From a virus (Duplodnaviria > Caudoviricetes), in the IMG/VR virus record IMGVR_UViG_3300005941_000043, positions 1 to 24,612 of that record: DNA of 24,612 nucleotides. One strand, 5' to 3'. Under the pieces are notes generated by a model. That model had not been told where the DNA came from. It ran no database searches and saw only the letters and a list, made by a program, of their open reading frames with translations. The translations under genes were made by a program, and so were the position numbers. Below, piece after piece: positions 20,101 through 24,612 of the stretch. The first letter of the stretch is position 1. Every line of letters starts with the position of its first letter.

Positions 20101-22948
20101 AACTTCAGTATATAAACTAAAATGGCCAATGAACTTAAATGGTGCAAAGGTAAAAATTTACATTGATGGTGTTGAATTACTAAAAAGTGAATATACATAT
20201 AACAACTTTGCAGACACTACCAAGTCTTACACTAGAAAAATTGGTCAAGTAATATTTACTACACCGCCTTTATTAACTAAAGTTGTAAAAATTGATTATG
20301 AATTAGCACCAGACTTGTTAACAGCACAAGATAGAATTCAATCTTATTATAATCCAGTTGATGGTATGGTAGGTAAAGATATTTCACAGTTAATGACAGG
20401 TGTTGACTTTGGTGGAGTTGAAGTTAAGAGTTTTGATTTTGCAGGCAACGGTGGTTTTGAAACAAAAGGTTACGGTATCGAAGCATACGACTTATATGAT
20501 GCAACGTTTAACGATTTAATATTCTACTTAGACGGATCAACAGCAGTATTACAATGGGACACTCCGTTAGAAAACGGAGTTGTGTATAATCTTTACAAAA
20601 ATAATGTAAGACTTGATGATCCAAACTGGCCAAGTAGCCCTACTAATCCAAATGCTGTTCTAGCAAGTATTACAGGCGATGATGCACTAGTAGAATTTAA
20701 TATTCAAGATTACGGAATTACTAGTAGAGATGACGACATCTTTGTTATAAGAAAAACAACTAGTGATGGTAGTTTCCTTCCAGATCCTGCAAGTTACGAT
20801 ACACAGTTAGACGGTGGTGTATTAGCATATAGTAATGCTAAAGGTATTTCAGCAAGTGAAATTGTTGTTGACGGCGATGGATTTATTACGCCAATGACAA
20901 CTACTGGTCCAGAAGAATTGATTCCAGGCAAAATTTCAGATACTGTTGACATTAAGGTATTCCATAGACCGGATGCAGGTACAAGTAACGTACAAACACA
21001 GTTCTTTACAACAGATGGAACAACACAGACATACGATCTTGGAATACATCCTCATAATAGTGAAGCAGTATTTGTATCACTTGACAATGTTGTATCAACA
21101 GCATACACAATTAACTATGCTAATGATACAATTACTTTTACAACTGCTCCGGCAGCCGGCAAAGTACTAAGCATAGTTACACTTGGTGTAAACGGACAGA
21201 CAATTTTAGATGTTAACAAGTTTATAGCAGACGGTAGTACAAATACATATACAACTAATATACAGTATCAAACTGGAGTAAGCCATTTTGTTAATATAAA
21301 CGGCCAAGCAATTACATCAACACTAAGTGAAGGTGTAGATGGATGGTTTGTAATTACATTTGATACAGCCCCGCAAACAGGACAAGTTGTTGATTACGGA
21401 TTGTTCTACTCAACAGGAACTAACTTTAGTGCAACTAATGTACAAACTTTGATCGGTGACGGAAGTTCGACAATATTTGATATGTCTCCTGCAATTATAG
21501 GCGGTTTGCCAACAGCACAGAACGCTATTGTAAGTATAAACGGCGCAATACAAGATGCTGGATATAATGTAGATTTTACAATTACAGATTCTAATGTTAG
21601 AGAATATCAAGTCCAAGAATGGCAAGTTTTCTCAAACAGTGTTAGAGGTGAAGATATTGAAGTATACTTAAACAATGAATTATTAAGAAGAAACATTCAA
21701 TACAGATGGGATAGTGCAAACAACAGTGTTATATTATCAGCAGGTATTGGATCGCTTAATGATATAATTGATGTGTTCTTTAGTATTGATGGTCAATATG
21801 CATTTGGATATATCGGAGAAGATGACGATAGTAGTACTAAGTTTATTTCAGATAGAACTAAAATTTACTTTGATACAGCACCAGCACTAGGCGATACAAT
21901 TAAAATTACAGGCTTTAGTAATCATGACGTTCAAGATATTGAACGTATTAAATATGATTTAATAAGTCGTGTTCCGTTAGTACCAGGAACAACTAACTAT
22001 CAAGAATATATTAATCTTAGTAGCGGACTTGTAAAACTTAGACATAAATCACAAGACTCAGAATATGTATGGGTTATAGTTAATGGAGTTAAACTAGCGC
22101 CAAACGTTGATTATTATGTAACTGAAGATCTTATGCATGTTAAAATTATCTCACAACTTAGTGCAAACGATAAAGTTGAGTACATACAGTTTGGTGAAGA
22201 ACAATTAACACATAGATTTGGATTTAGACAGTTTAAAGACATATTGAACCGTGTTCACTACAAGCGGTTAGACAATGCGAATAAGTATAAATTAGCACAA
22301 GACTTAAATTGGTGGGATACTAGAATCGAACTAGTTGATGCTTCCAACTTACCAGAACCTGGTAAGAAGAAACAAATACCAGGAGTTGTGTTTATTAACG
22401 GTGAAAGAATTGAGTACTACGTGAAACAAGGAAATAGTTTACGCCAACTACGTAGAGGCACATTAGGCACTGGTGTAAGTACACTTCTTACAAGTGGTAC
22501 TGAAGTAAGAGACCAAAGTCCAGGCGAAAATATTCCGTACAAAGATCAGACACTTACACAGTTGTTTACAGCAGACGGTACAACGGCTTCATATGAATTA
22601 GATTTTACACCTACACAAGGTATAAATGAATTTGAAGTATTTGTTGCAGGGCGCAGACTTCGTAAAAATACAATTAGTAGTTACCAGGTAGATACTAAAG
22701 ATATTAACGGAAACTTTGTAACTAGGTTTATTGCACAGGATAGTGTAGAAGGTGATACTACATTACCAGTAGAATTTACATTAACTGGAAGTACATTAGA
22801 CTTAACAGTAACACCTGAAGCAGAACAGAAGGTTGTAGTGGTTAGAAGAGTTGGCCAAACATGGACTAAGGCAGGAGAAAGCCTAGTTGATGCAAAAAAT
22901 GACATAGCGGAGTTTCTTAAGGCGAGAACAACGGAACTACCTAAATAA
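8141..22948 (+). CDS. Giant multidomain baseplate/virion protein (4935 aa), probable gp7/P2-gpI positional equivalent with adhesin-like modules
   Basis: Uninterrupted 14.8-kb ORF. TAATG overlap with gp6, GGAGG at 8124-8128. Contains a cupredoxin-like domain, four CBM5/12-like modules, seven FG-GAP-like repeats, GxGY repeats, Ig-like repeats, and gp7/gpI-like KGT (13523) and VKPFKT (19535) motifs. Confidence 0.8.
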   Translation: MSYDDNQNENPLPTGGSNGYSSNSLLPKYFRSSKNKKFLDATLDQILQPGTAQKLNGFYGRRTAKSYRGSDNYIGDVSVNREAYQLEPVVLAKDTYDNVTFYKDYNDYINQIKAFGGNVDNHDLLNGAEYSAWNPNIDWDKLTNFREYYWLPNGPTAISIAGQSTEVTSAFNITSIDNGNNLSYVVNGNLTQNPTIELFKGQTYTFVVSATDMPFTIRTERSLDADTVYELGITNQNIEEGTVTFTVPLNAPTRLYYQNSNNINSGGIIRIAEVDEATAIDVEQEILGKASYTSSKGVELLNGMKLNFIGDVTPAKYAVGNWIIEGVGDSISLVNTDDLVIPLSYAVDIPVQYDQEEFDSLPFGNAASYSATKDYIVINRNSPDKNAWSRNNNWYHRAVIEKSAEINGQVVSIDQAQRAKRPIIEFDSGLKLYNFGTEKKNDIDLVDTVTKDIFSVIEGSTGYNIDSVDVTDGMRILFTAEKDIRANGKIYKVKFLKHNSTTPQISLIEDTDATPLENEVVLIRKGTVNAGQHYYYNGTAWLAGQVKSKVNQSPMFDMFDKNGVSYSNATTYETSTFTGNKVFSYKEGTGTADTELGFPITYRALTNVGDITFNFDLLTETFTHQRVQNILTEKCDQGFVKKYTSLNAFKYKNGWTKAKSLSTQRVIRQYDVDGEISQLEIDVYDKAGDLNDLEVSVLVNNAHNFDYTLSRQDGLAFVVFNNPLDAGDSVILRTKSATKKNSNGYYDFPTNLEHNPNNINLTTFTLGEVNDHVFSMIEDLPGFTGIFPGNTNLGNLGDISTVGKKFVQHAGPINNALYHITTKEANVVKALDFAKNEFRTFKRSFLQVAENLGFDGPIKTHVDNVLVEVLKNKTSSDPFYFSDMVPYSGNKRLEFTVYDPENNFFSLTKAFDKTTLSNKAVTIYQNGVQLAHGRDYTFNTDGFAVITATKADNDLIEIFEYESTDGCFIPSTPTKLGLYPAYVPEIILDDSYRTPTNVIIGHDGSKTVAYNDYRDALLLDLERRIYNNIKSKYDITKLDIHDFIPSSYRDTKINIDNIDNVLLSDFIKWSESLGGIDYTTNSFYELTDAFTYNYSYMSGPQGQQLKGFWRGVYKTAYDTDRPHTHPWEMLGFTVKPTWFDTVYGTAPYTSNNLILWEDLEEGKIAEPGKTVRYNKKYKRPGLTKHIPVDENGDLLSPLQSKYAREYISEYTKLGFKFGDHSPAETAWRSTSDYAFSLIKSWLLNQPAKFMSLAWDTSRISKNLAEQFVYTESNRSISLKDLVFTNVFGDSKRVYTSGLVDYIVNYTLTNTAITTPDYKEQLTSLKYQLGMKLGAFTDKDKMKFILDSRTPYNKGNVFLPKENYQITLNTSSPVEVVSYSGVIIEKQSYGYVIRGYDRENPVFKINKALDRANDPAVNVGGISEAFIEWDEDKQYTVDKYVRYNSSFYRVIEAHTSTTAFDPDKFTKIPELPTRGGSTAVFRKNFETSITEVPYGTVFVTIQDTVDFILGYAAQLEQTGFNFDFYNSDTQVVEDWRFSTKEFLYWTTQNWSAGTVIALSPSANQLKFTRPYTVVDDLYDNFYDYSLMESTGKPLQGEYTRLTREGNTFAINLSNTTDGIYYVQLPLVQVEHVAILDNTSDFKDVIYSPASGYRQDRIKVVGYRTANWDGTLNIPGFIFDQAEVTEWKQYNDYAIGDTVRYKEYYYAAKNKIAGTEKFVANEWNRIDKRPETKLYTNFDYRINQFTDFYDLDSDNFDNEQQRMAQHLIGYQKRQYLENIINDDVSQYKFYQGFIQDKGTRNSIDKLFDALASADKESVDFYEEWAVKNSQYGATSNFDEIEWQIDESKFQLSPQPISLVETLPPATTDLIYRIPNYDVFLKPDNYDVNKIPTKYTNEEYVKTVGYVTGEDVSRAVLTKDSIVNFAISDINKNDYIWVATSNQTWDVIQHTETDLRLENAEPTGQDVELTLNYTAREILVGDIFGITNANTETLTTLDGFYKAIKVQGNKVTFTTTNFDWTEIDDTVELPKATITIFTSQRTATINDANKNVSANLSKDELVWIDDDDYGKWTVLKNTPTYSENQQILSSLDLDSTMHGFGHSISVNENNTKMAVGIPYKGNGVVHVYVRPSDSTNYVLDQIIDAPTDVADAYDGSTPTTSMNFGESVALSPNGNYLVIGSPQASNIFSFYRGDFKQGVKYTKSQIVKYGPNLYKAIQNIDPATGAIQFSSFDSYLELVPDSDSSLVNLLQTGNYKINDTSVSHMLIRAPLNAYEGSANNDDIVLEWNNFSKLNLQGSTVDVQPFDGQFAGITGAFLTATHNIRYKIDNVLVIENFVNLPQIGNTLSSSIASGEVIYVANSLTTCTVYLANVNGTFATTDSVFVGTTRIGDYVEDYRAGTGNLGGYWWIDTPSYTTSADSSNVFVDPGHGLVFRDLLTTASGRVTPNMYHNITTARQLAIQDATNSGSTLSLMDQAEFMQTLTYEGDPGEVFALQLSDLWTVRAPTALSLSIGDKFKMVVDSVSGNTDFTDSTFSTSLINKEHTVYELWDGYLDFTFDEFSQATQLPFEPIIGDTVSDGATGATATITFYKRQFNTVRIYVTNVSGTWSKGDGYNETAKINRVRGASVRPIGTLNGASLSGTRVGKIVVLQETTNFPDATVTELNNFEYWFFNETTLSGIPREANIPASNNNDWQLVTNIPVSSDNGTIASGLELEGMFSVYDLNEKIQFKVQNHYTVPERKSHARLGDEVDFTLEGNLYRLSIASKGDGKLNNAGSIHFVKHGSVTKELVTTTYDWQLDIDPNFRGEFHTTVFYKQGEIVEYEDRLYKALRNIASGSAFVTPDWELVTDGTAHVGFIPTAGTNRIIGEEVFDPEFGVRDFARQFDQNKDGDVLIVSSRIQGNDSSGERIIVVYRRLPEGQMTVSQTIKPPYEDLSTGSFTGFGDSISISNDGELIAIGEPYNDDYKRDQGKVYIYKLVNGQFVLSQEIQSPNNEQAEHFGAYLNFDGNQLAVTSLNGDIEKPTTFDLNTTVFDDEFTNFKSVEMDSGIIFMYERINNSMLFAQEFIIDEPLAMNFGKNLLVNNNHVYTAIPEVTDLLTYQGMIVDFRKTIGAKSWNVHRSPIDQVDINKIKSAFLYNVKTNTLVEDLDYIDPVQGKVAGIAEQELSYKTYYDPAVFSIGDDTVVIDENNSWGRDYVGQLWWDISAVKFYNYQQNNITYQTNYWGEVFPGTSVEVYEWVESDLLPSEWDALSDSEEGVAQGISGTTRYGDFVYSQKLTWDPISKTSKPKYFYWVANKRVTPRVEGRRITAYDVKRLIEDPVGQGYKFVGLMAKDRFVLFNCESLLSGDDVAFNLRYHTLDNVDQNIHNEYQMLTQGVGSSKPNRDIEQKWIDSLVGYDKQFRLVPDPKLSAKIKYGINNNPRQSMFINKAEALKEVVDRVNSILINNIIVDEFDISDLTKSDPLPLSTSRRYDLKIDTFEDLQYVGVAKRITASLTPTIVDGKITGVTITNSGRGYIDPTYTSTVGGIRLGPQVTVTGIGKDAVLETEINELGQITTVNIIDPGTGYDENTVITARNFTVIVTTDSTVLNKWALYNYNGTKWNRTISQRFDTNLYWDYQDWYDIGYNEFTEINSLIDFSYQLTSIENDIGDTVKISSVGSGGWLLLEKIANLQTEDYTQNYKVVGKENATIQFSQNLYNTVINKTGYDTDTFDIAFYDSQPVKETRIILETIRDKIFVDNLDVHYNELFIASIRYAFSEQPNIDWAFKTSFIKAQHNVGDLTQKVTFKNDNIENFQDYINEVKPFKTKIREYVSSYEKTDPTNSVVTDFDLPPKYDFAKKKISSSTAKLKDNTITSMPNSTSTYPDKHWLENSGYEISSINVGNAGTGYILPPTVSIEGGGGSGAKAKAFLNAGKVSKIEVTAPGTGYLTAPAIILNGTTSDGGTLADAKAVLGNGKVRGTHVISRFDRISGQPYYLEVARTQTFTGDSKTSVYKLKWPMNLNGAKVKIYIDGVELLKSEYTYNNFADTTKSYTRKIGQVIFTTPPLLTKVVKIDYELAPDLLTAQDRIQSYYNPVDGMVGKDISQLMTGVDFGGVEVKSFDFAGNGGFETKGYGIEAYDLYDATFNDLIFYLDGSTAVLQWDTPLENGVVYNLYKNNVRLDDPNWPSSPTNPNAVLASITGDDALVEFNIQDYGITSRDDDIFVIRKTTSDGSFLPDPASYDTQLDGGVLAYSNAKGISASEIVVDGDGFITPMTTTGPEELIPGKISDTVDIKVFHRPDAGTSNVQTQFFTTDGTTQTYDLGIHPHNSEAVFVSLDNVVSTAYTINYANDTITFTTAPAAGKVLSIVTLGVNGQTILDVNKFIADGSTNTYTTNIQYQTGVSHFVNINGQAITSTLSEGVDGWFVITFDTAPQTGQVVDYGLFYSTGTNFSATNVQTLIGDGSSTIFDMSPAIIGGLPTAQNAIVSINGAIQDAGYNVDFTITDSNVREYQVQEWQVFSNSVRGEDIEVYLNNELLRRNIQYRWDSANNSVILSAGIGSLNDIIDVFFSIDGQYAFGYIGEDDDSSTKFISDRTKIYFDTAPALGDTIKITGFSNHDVQDIERIKYDLISRVPLVPGTTNYQEYINLSSGLVKLRHKSQDSEYVWVIVNGVKLAPNVDYYVTEDLMHVKIISQLSANDKVEYIQFGEEQLTHRFGFRQFKDILNRVHYKRLDNANKYKLAQDLNWWDTRIELVDASNLPEPGKKKQIPGVVFINGERIEYYVKQGNSLRQLRRGTLGTGVSTLLTSGTEVRDQSPGENIPYKDQTLTQLFTADGTTASYELDFTPTQGINEFEVFVAGRRLRKNTISSYQVDTKDINGNFVTRFIAQDSVEGDTTLPVEFTLTGSTLDLTVTPEAEQKVVVVRRVGQTWTKAGESLVDAKNDIAEFLKARTTELPK
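14426..17458 (+). repeat. Seven FG-GAP-like repeats (putative 7-bladed beta-propeller) with large insertions
   Basis: GFGHSISV..AVGIP..GVVHVY; NFGESVAL..VIGSP; RLGDEVDF..AGSIHF; DFARQFD..LIVSS; GFGDSISI..AIGEP..QGKVYIY; HFGAYLNF..SGIIFMY; NFGKNLLV..AIP..QGMIVDF. Confidence 0.7.
18641..19945 (+). repeat. GxGY beta-rich repeats (four copies in two pairs)
   Basis: ITGVTITNSGRGY, ITTVNIIDPGTGY, ISSINVGNAGTGYILPPTV and VSKIEVTAPGTGYLTAPAI. This repeat type is typical of T4-like phage structural proteins. Confidence 0.7.
20078..22860 (+). repeat. Array of Ig-like/beta-sandwich repeats at the C-terminus of the giant protein
   Basis: Recurrent F-x-(G/A/T)-D-G-x-T..Y/F ... V.(I/V)NG ... (I/V).F.TAP..G..(V/I).I pattern: QTFTGDSK, FFTTDGTT, FIADGSTN, LIGDGSST, LFTADGTT; FTTPP, FTTAP, FDTAP twice. 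Confidence 0.65.
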
Positions 22949-22951
22949 ATA
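22944..22951 (+). promoter_or_regulatory. Putative late promoter (AATAAATA) overlapping the giant-gene stop codon
   Basis: ATAAATA core at 22945-22951 contains the TAA stop (22946-22948), the same arrangement as at the PAAR/gp25 junction. Confidence 0.5.
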
Positions 22952-22972
22952 CACATAGCAGTGAGAGAAAAC

Positions 22973-23578
22973 ATGACAGACAAATTAAATGATAAAAGCG
23001 GAGTAGTAGTTAAAGGGCACATCAAAATACATGATCCTAGTTCAGGCGAAGTGTATGTTGATAAGCGTAACGCTATTCACTATGAAAATATGAGTATTGC
23101 ACTTGCCGAAAGTCTTGCAAACCAAGGCCAGGGTATGATATACGAAATGAGTTTTGGCAACGGCGGCACAAGTGTTGACCCAACAGGTATTATTACATAC
23201 TTAACGCCAAACAGTACAGGAACAAATGCTAGTTTGTATAATCAAACATTTACTAAAGTAGTAGATGATAGAAGTACAAGTAACACAGATCCTGTAAGAA
23301 ATAAAATTGAAACACGTCATGTTAGCGGAACAAATTACACAGATGTTGTAGTAACTTGTTTGTTAGATTATGGTGAACCAGAAGGTCAGGATGCATTTGA
23401 TACTGCTACAGATACAGACAACCTTTATGTGTTTGACGAATTAGGTCTTAAAAGTTATAGCCCATCGGGCGCTGGTAGATTAATTACTCATGTTATTTTC
23501 CACCCTGTACAAAAAAGTTTAAACAGATTAGTTCAAATTGATTATACAGTTCGTGTACAAAGTTTGTCAGGAGTATAA
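22973..23578 (+). CDS. Virion structural protein (~201 aa), possibly a baseplate/tail-fibre attachment subunit
   Basis: ATG at 22973, preceded by GAGAG (22963-22967), is preferred over the GTG at 22961. GHIKI.D...GE..VDK.N, FGNGGT, FDELGL and LITHVIFHPVQKSLNRLVQIDYTV loosely resemble tail-collar/fibre-attachment (DUF3751-like) domains. Lies between the gp7-position gene and a fibre gene. Confidence 0.7.
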   Translation: MTDKLNDKSGVVVKGHIKIHDPSSGEVYVDKRNAIHYENMSIALAESLANQGQGMIYEMSFGNGGTSVDPTGIITYLTPNSTGTNASLYNQTFTKVVDDRSTSNTDPVRNKIETRHVSGTNYTDVVVTCLLDYGEPEGQDAFDTATDTDNLYVFDELGLKSYSPSGAGRLITHVIFHPVQKSLNRLVQIDYTVRVQSLSGV

Positions 23579-23581
23579 TAG

Positions 23582-24612
23582 ATGCCTTATACAATTAATT
23601 TTACAGATGTAACTAACAAAGGTAGTATTACAGTCGAAGACAACGACATAAATGCACAAACTAGTTTAAGTCTAGTTGGGCGTAACACTACTAGTTATGG
23701 AGTTGCATTTAATCAAAACTTTTTAAAATTATTAGAAAATTTTGCTAACACTAGTTCTCCGTCAAATCCAGTCGAAGGACAACTTTGGTACGATAGTACA
23801 GCAGGCAATGAGCAACTTAAAGTATACGATGGTACAACTTGGGTAGCAAGTGGCGGCCTTAAAAAAGCAACAAACGAACCAGATGCGTCAAGCAGTTTAA
23901 CTGGCGACCTCTGGGTTGATACTGATAACCAACAGTTGTATTTGTATACAGGTTCTGGTTGGACACTAATTGGTCCTGAATATGCCGGCGGATTAAATAC
24001 CGGAATATCAGCGGCAACAATACTTGGTCAAGATAATATTGATTATACAGCAATACAAGTTGATGTAGATGCAAAGCCGGTTGCTATTATTAGTACAAGT
24101 ACATTTACGCCAAAAGCACAAATTAACGGATTTAGTCAAATTAATCCAGGCATTAATTTAAGTACAGCAGATATTACTGGTAGTGGTGCCGCAAGATTTT
24201 ATGGTCCTGCAGAACAAGCAGAAAATTTAGTTGTAGGCGGAGAAAAAATTGCCGCGGCAAACTTCTTACGTGGAGATGTTGTAAGTACAACAACAAACCA
24301 ATTAAAAGTTAACACAGACGATGGTATTATTCTTGGTAGTGGTAACCAAGTAACACTTGGTGTTGAGGGACAAATTGGCGTTATCAGTCACAATACAAGC
24401 GGCGCAAGTTTAGATATCCGTGTTAATGATCAAGGTACTACTAAAACAGTAATGCGTGTTGATTCAACAACAAATATTGGTATTAATAATACAGCACCGA
24501 GCGAAGCATTAGATGTTACAGGCAATATCAAAGTAAGTAGTAATATTACAATTGACGGAACAACAGCAAGTACTAATTTTGGCACAGGAAGTCTAGTTGT
24601 AAAAGGCGGCGC
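23582..24612 (+). CDS. Tail fibre / fibre-like baseplate protein; 3'-partial and absent from the ORF track
   Basis: AGGAG at 23569-23573, ATG at 23582, open to the window end. Translation: MPYTINFTDVTNKGSITVEDNDINAQTSLSLVGRNTTSYGVAFNQNFLKLLENFANTSSPSNPVEGQLWYDS...QLKVYDGTTW...GDLWVDTDNQQLYLYTGSGW...IGINNTAPSEALDVTGNIK...GSLVVKGG. These are typical phage fibre motifs. Confidence 0.85.
   Translation, partial: MPYTINFTDVTNKGSITVEDNDINAQTSLSLVGRNTTSYGVAFNQNFLKLLENFANTSSPSNPVEGQLWYDSTAGNEQLKVYDGTTWVASGGLKKATNEPDASSSLTGDLWVDTDNQQLYLYTGSGWTLIGPEYAGGLNTGISAATILGQDNIDYTAIQVDVDAKPVAIISTSTFTPKAQINGFSQINPGINLSTADITGSGAARFYGPAEQAENLVVGGEKIAAANFLRGDVVSTTTNQLKVNTDDGIILGSGNQVTLGVEGQIGVISHNTSGASLDIRVNDQGTTKTVMRVDSTTNIGINNTAPSEALDVTGNIKVSSNITIDGTTASTNFGTGSLVVKGG

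Noticed and set aside
8141-22948. Stop-codon reassignment, intein or intron in the giant ORF
   Set aside because: It reads through 4935 codons in the standard code with no internal stops, and no intein splice-junction or endonuclease motifs were noticed.
22961-22972. GTG start at 22961 for the 205-aa ORF
   Set aside because: No SD precedes the GTG, whereas GAGAG precedes the in-frame ATG at 22973. The GTG is not strictly excluded.
2163-23579. AGTATAAT at three gene junctions (2163, 2930, 23572) as sigma70 -10 promoters
   Set aside because: Explained by a terminal Val codon GTA plus TAA plus an overlapping ATG or SD. No -35 element is evident, and in two cases transcription would start downstream of the start codon.
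561-24074. Short alternative-frame and antisense ORFs in the track (e.g. 561-839, 1454-1696, 3204-3401, 10453-10758, 18319-18606, 22681-23025, 23859-24074)
   Set aside because: All overlap long, motif-supported genes, lack recognisable motifs, and look like shadow ORFs produced by codon bias.
1-24612. CRISPR array, tRNA/rRNA genes, DGR template/variable repeats, intrinsic terminators
   Set aside because: The window is almost entirely coding, with one 117-bp AT-rich gap. No spaced direct repeats, cloverleafs, long near-identical DNA repeats or GC hairpin plus U-tract were seen by eye.

Overview
AT-rich window from the virion morphogenesis region of a large contractile-tailed (myovirus-type, probably jumbo/T4-superfamily-like) bacteriophage. 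No host genes, RNA genes, CRISPR arrays or transposases are seen. Plus-strand gene order: (1) 5'-truncated gp5/VgrG-like central spike with an octapeptide beta-helix, a Pro/His-rich linker and a C-terminal GH19 lysozyme; (2) TIGR02594-type NlpC/P60-CHAP peptidoglycan peptidase; (3) PAAR/gp5.4 tip; (4) gp25 wedge protein; (5) one antisense SGNH-hydrolase-like gene between gp25 and gp6; (6) enlarged gp6-like wedge protein (1158 aa); (7) a 4935-aa multidomain protein in the gp7/P2-gpI position; (8) a ~201-aa structural protein; (9) a 3'-truncated tail-fibre gene missing from the ORF track. Most interesting: a coupled spike-GH19/peptidase/PAAR cassette resembling T6SS vgrG-effector-PAAR loci; an antisense esterase that shares a TAAATA-N5-ATG, apparently leaderless, late-promoter layout with gp25 and sits next to a perfect 13-bp inverted repeat; and the nested adhesin-like architecture of the giant protein. 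All family assignments come from reading motifs by eye; no searches were run.
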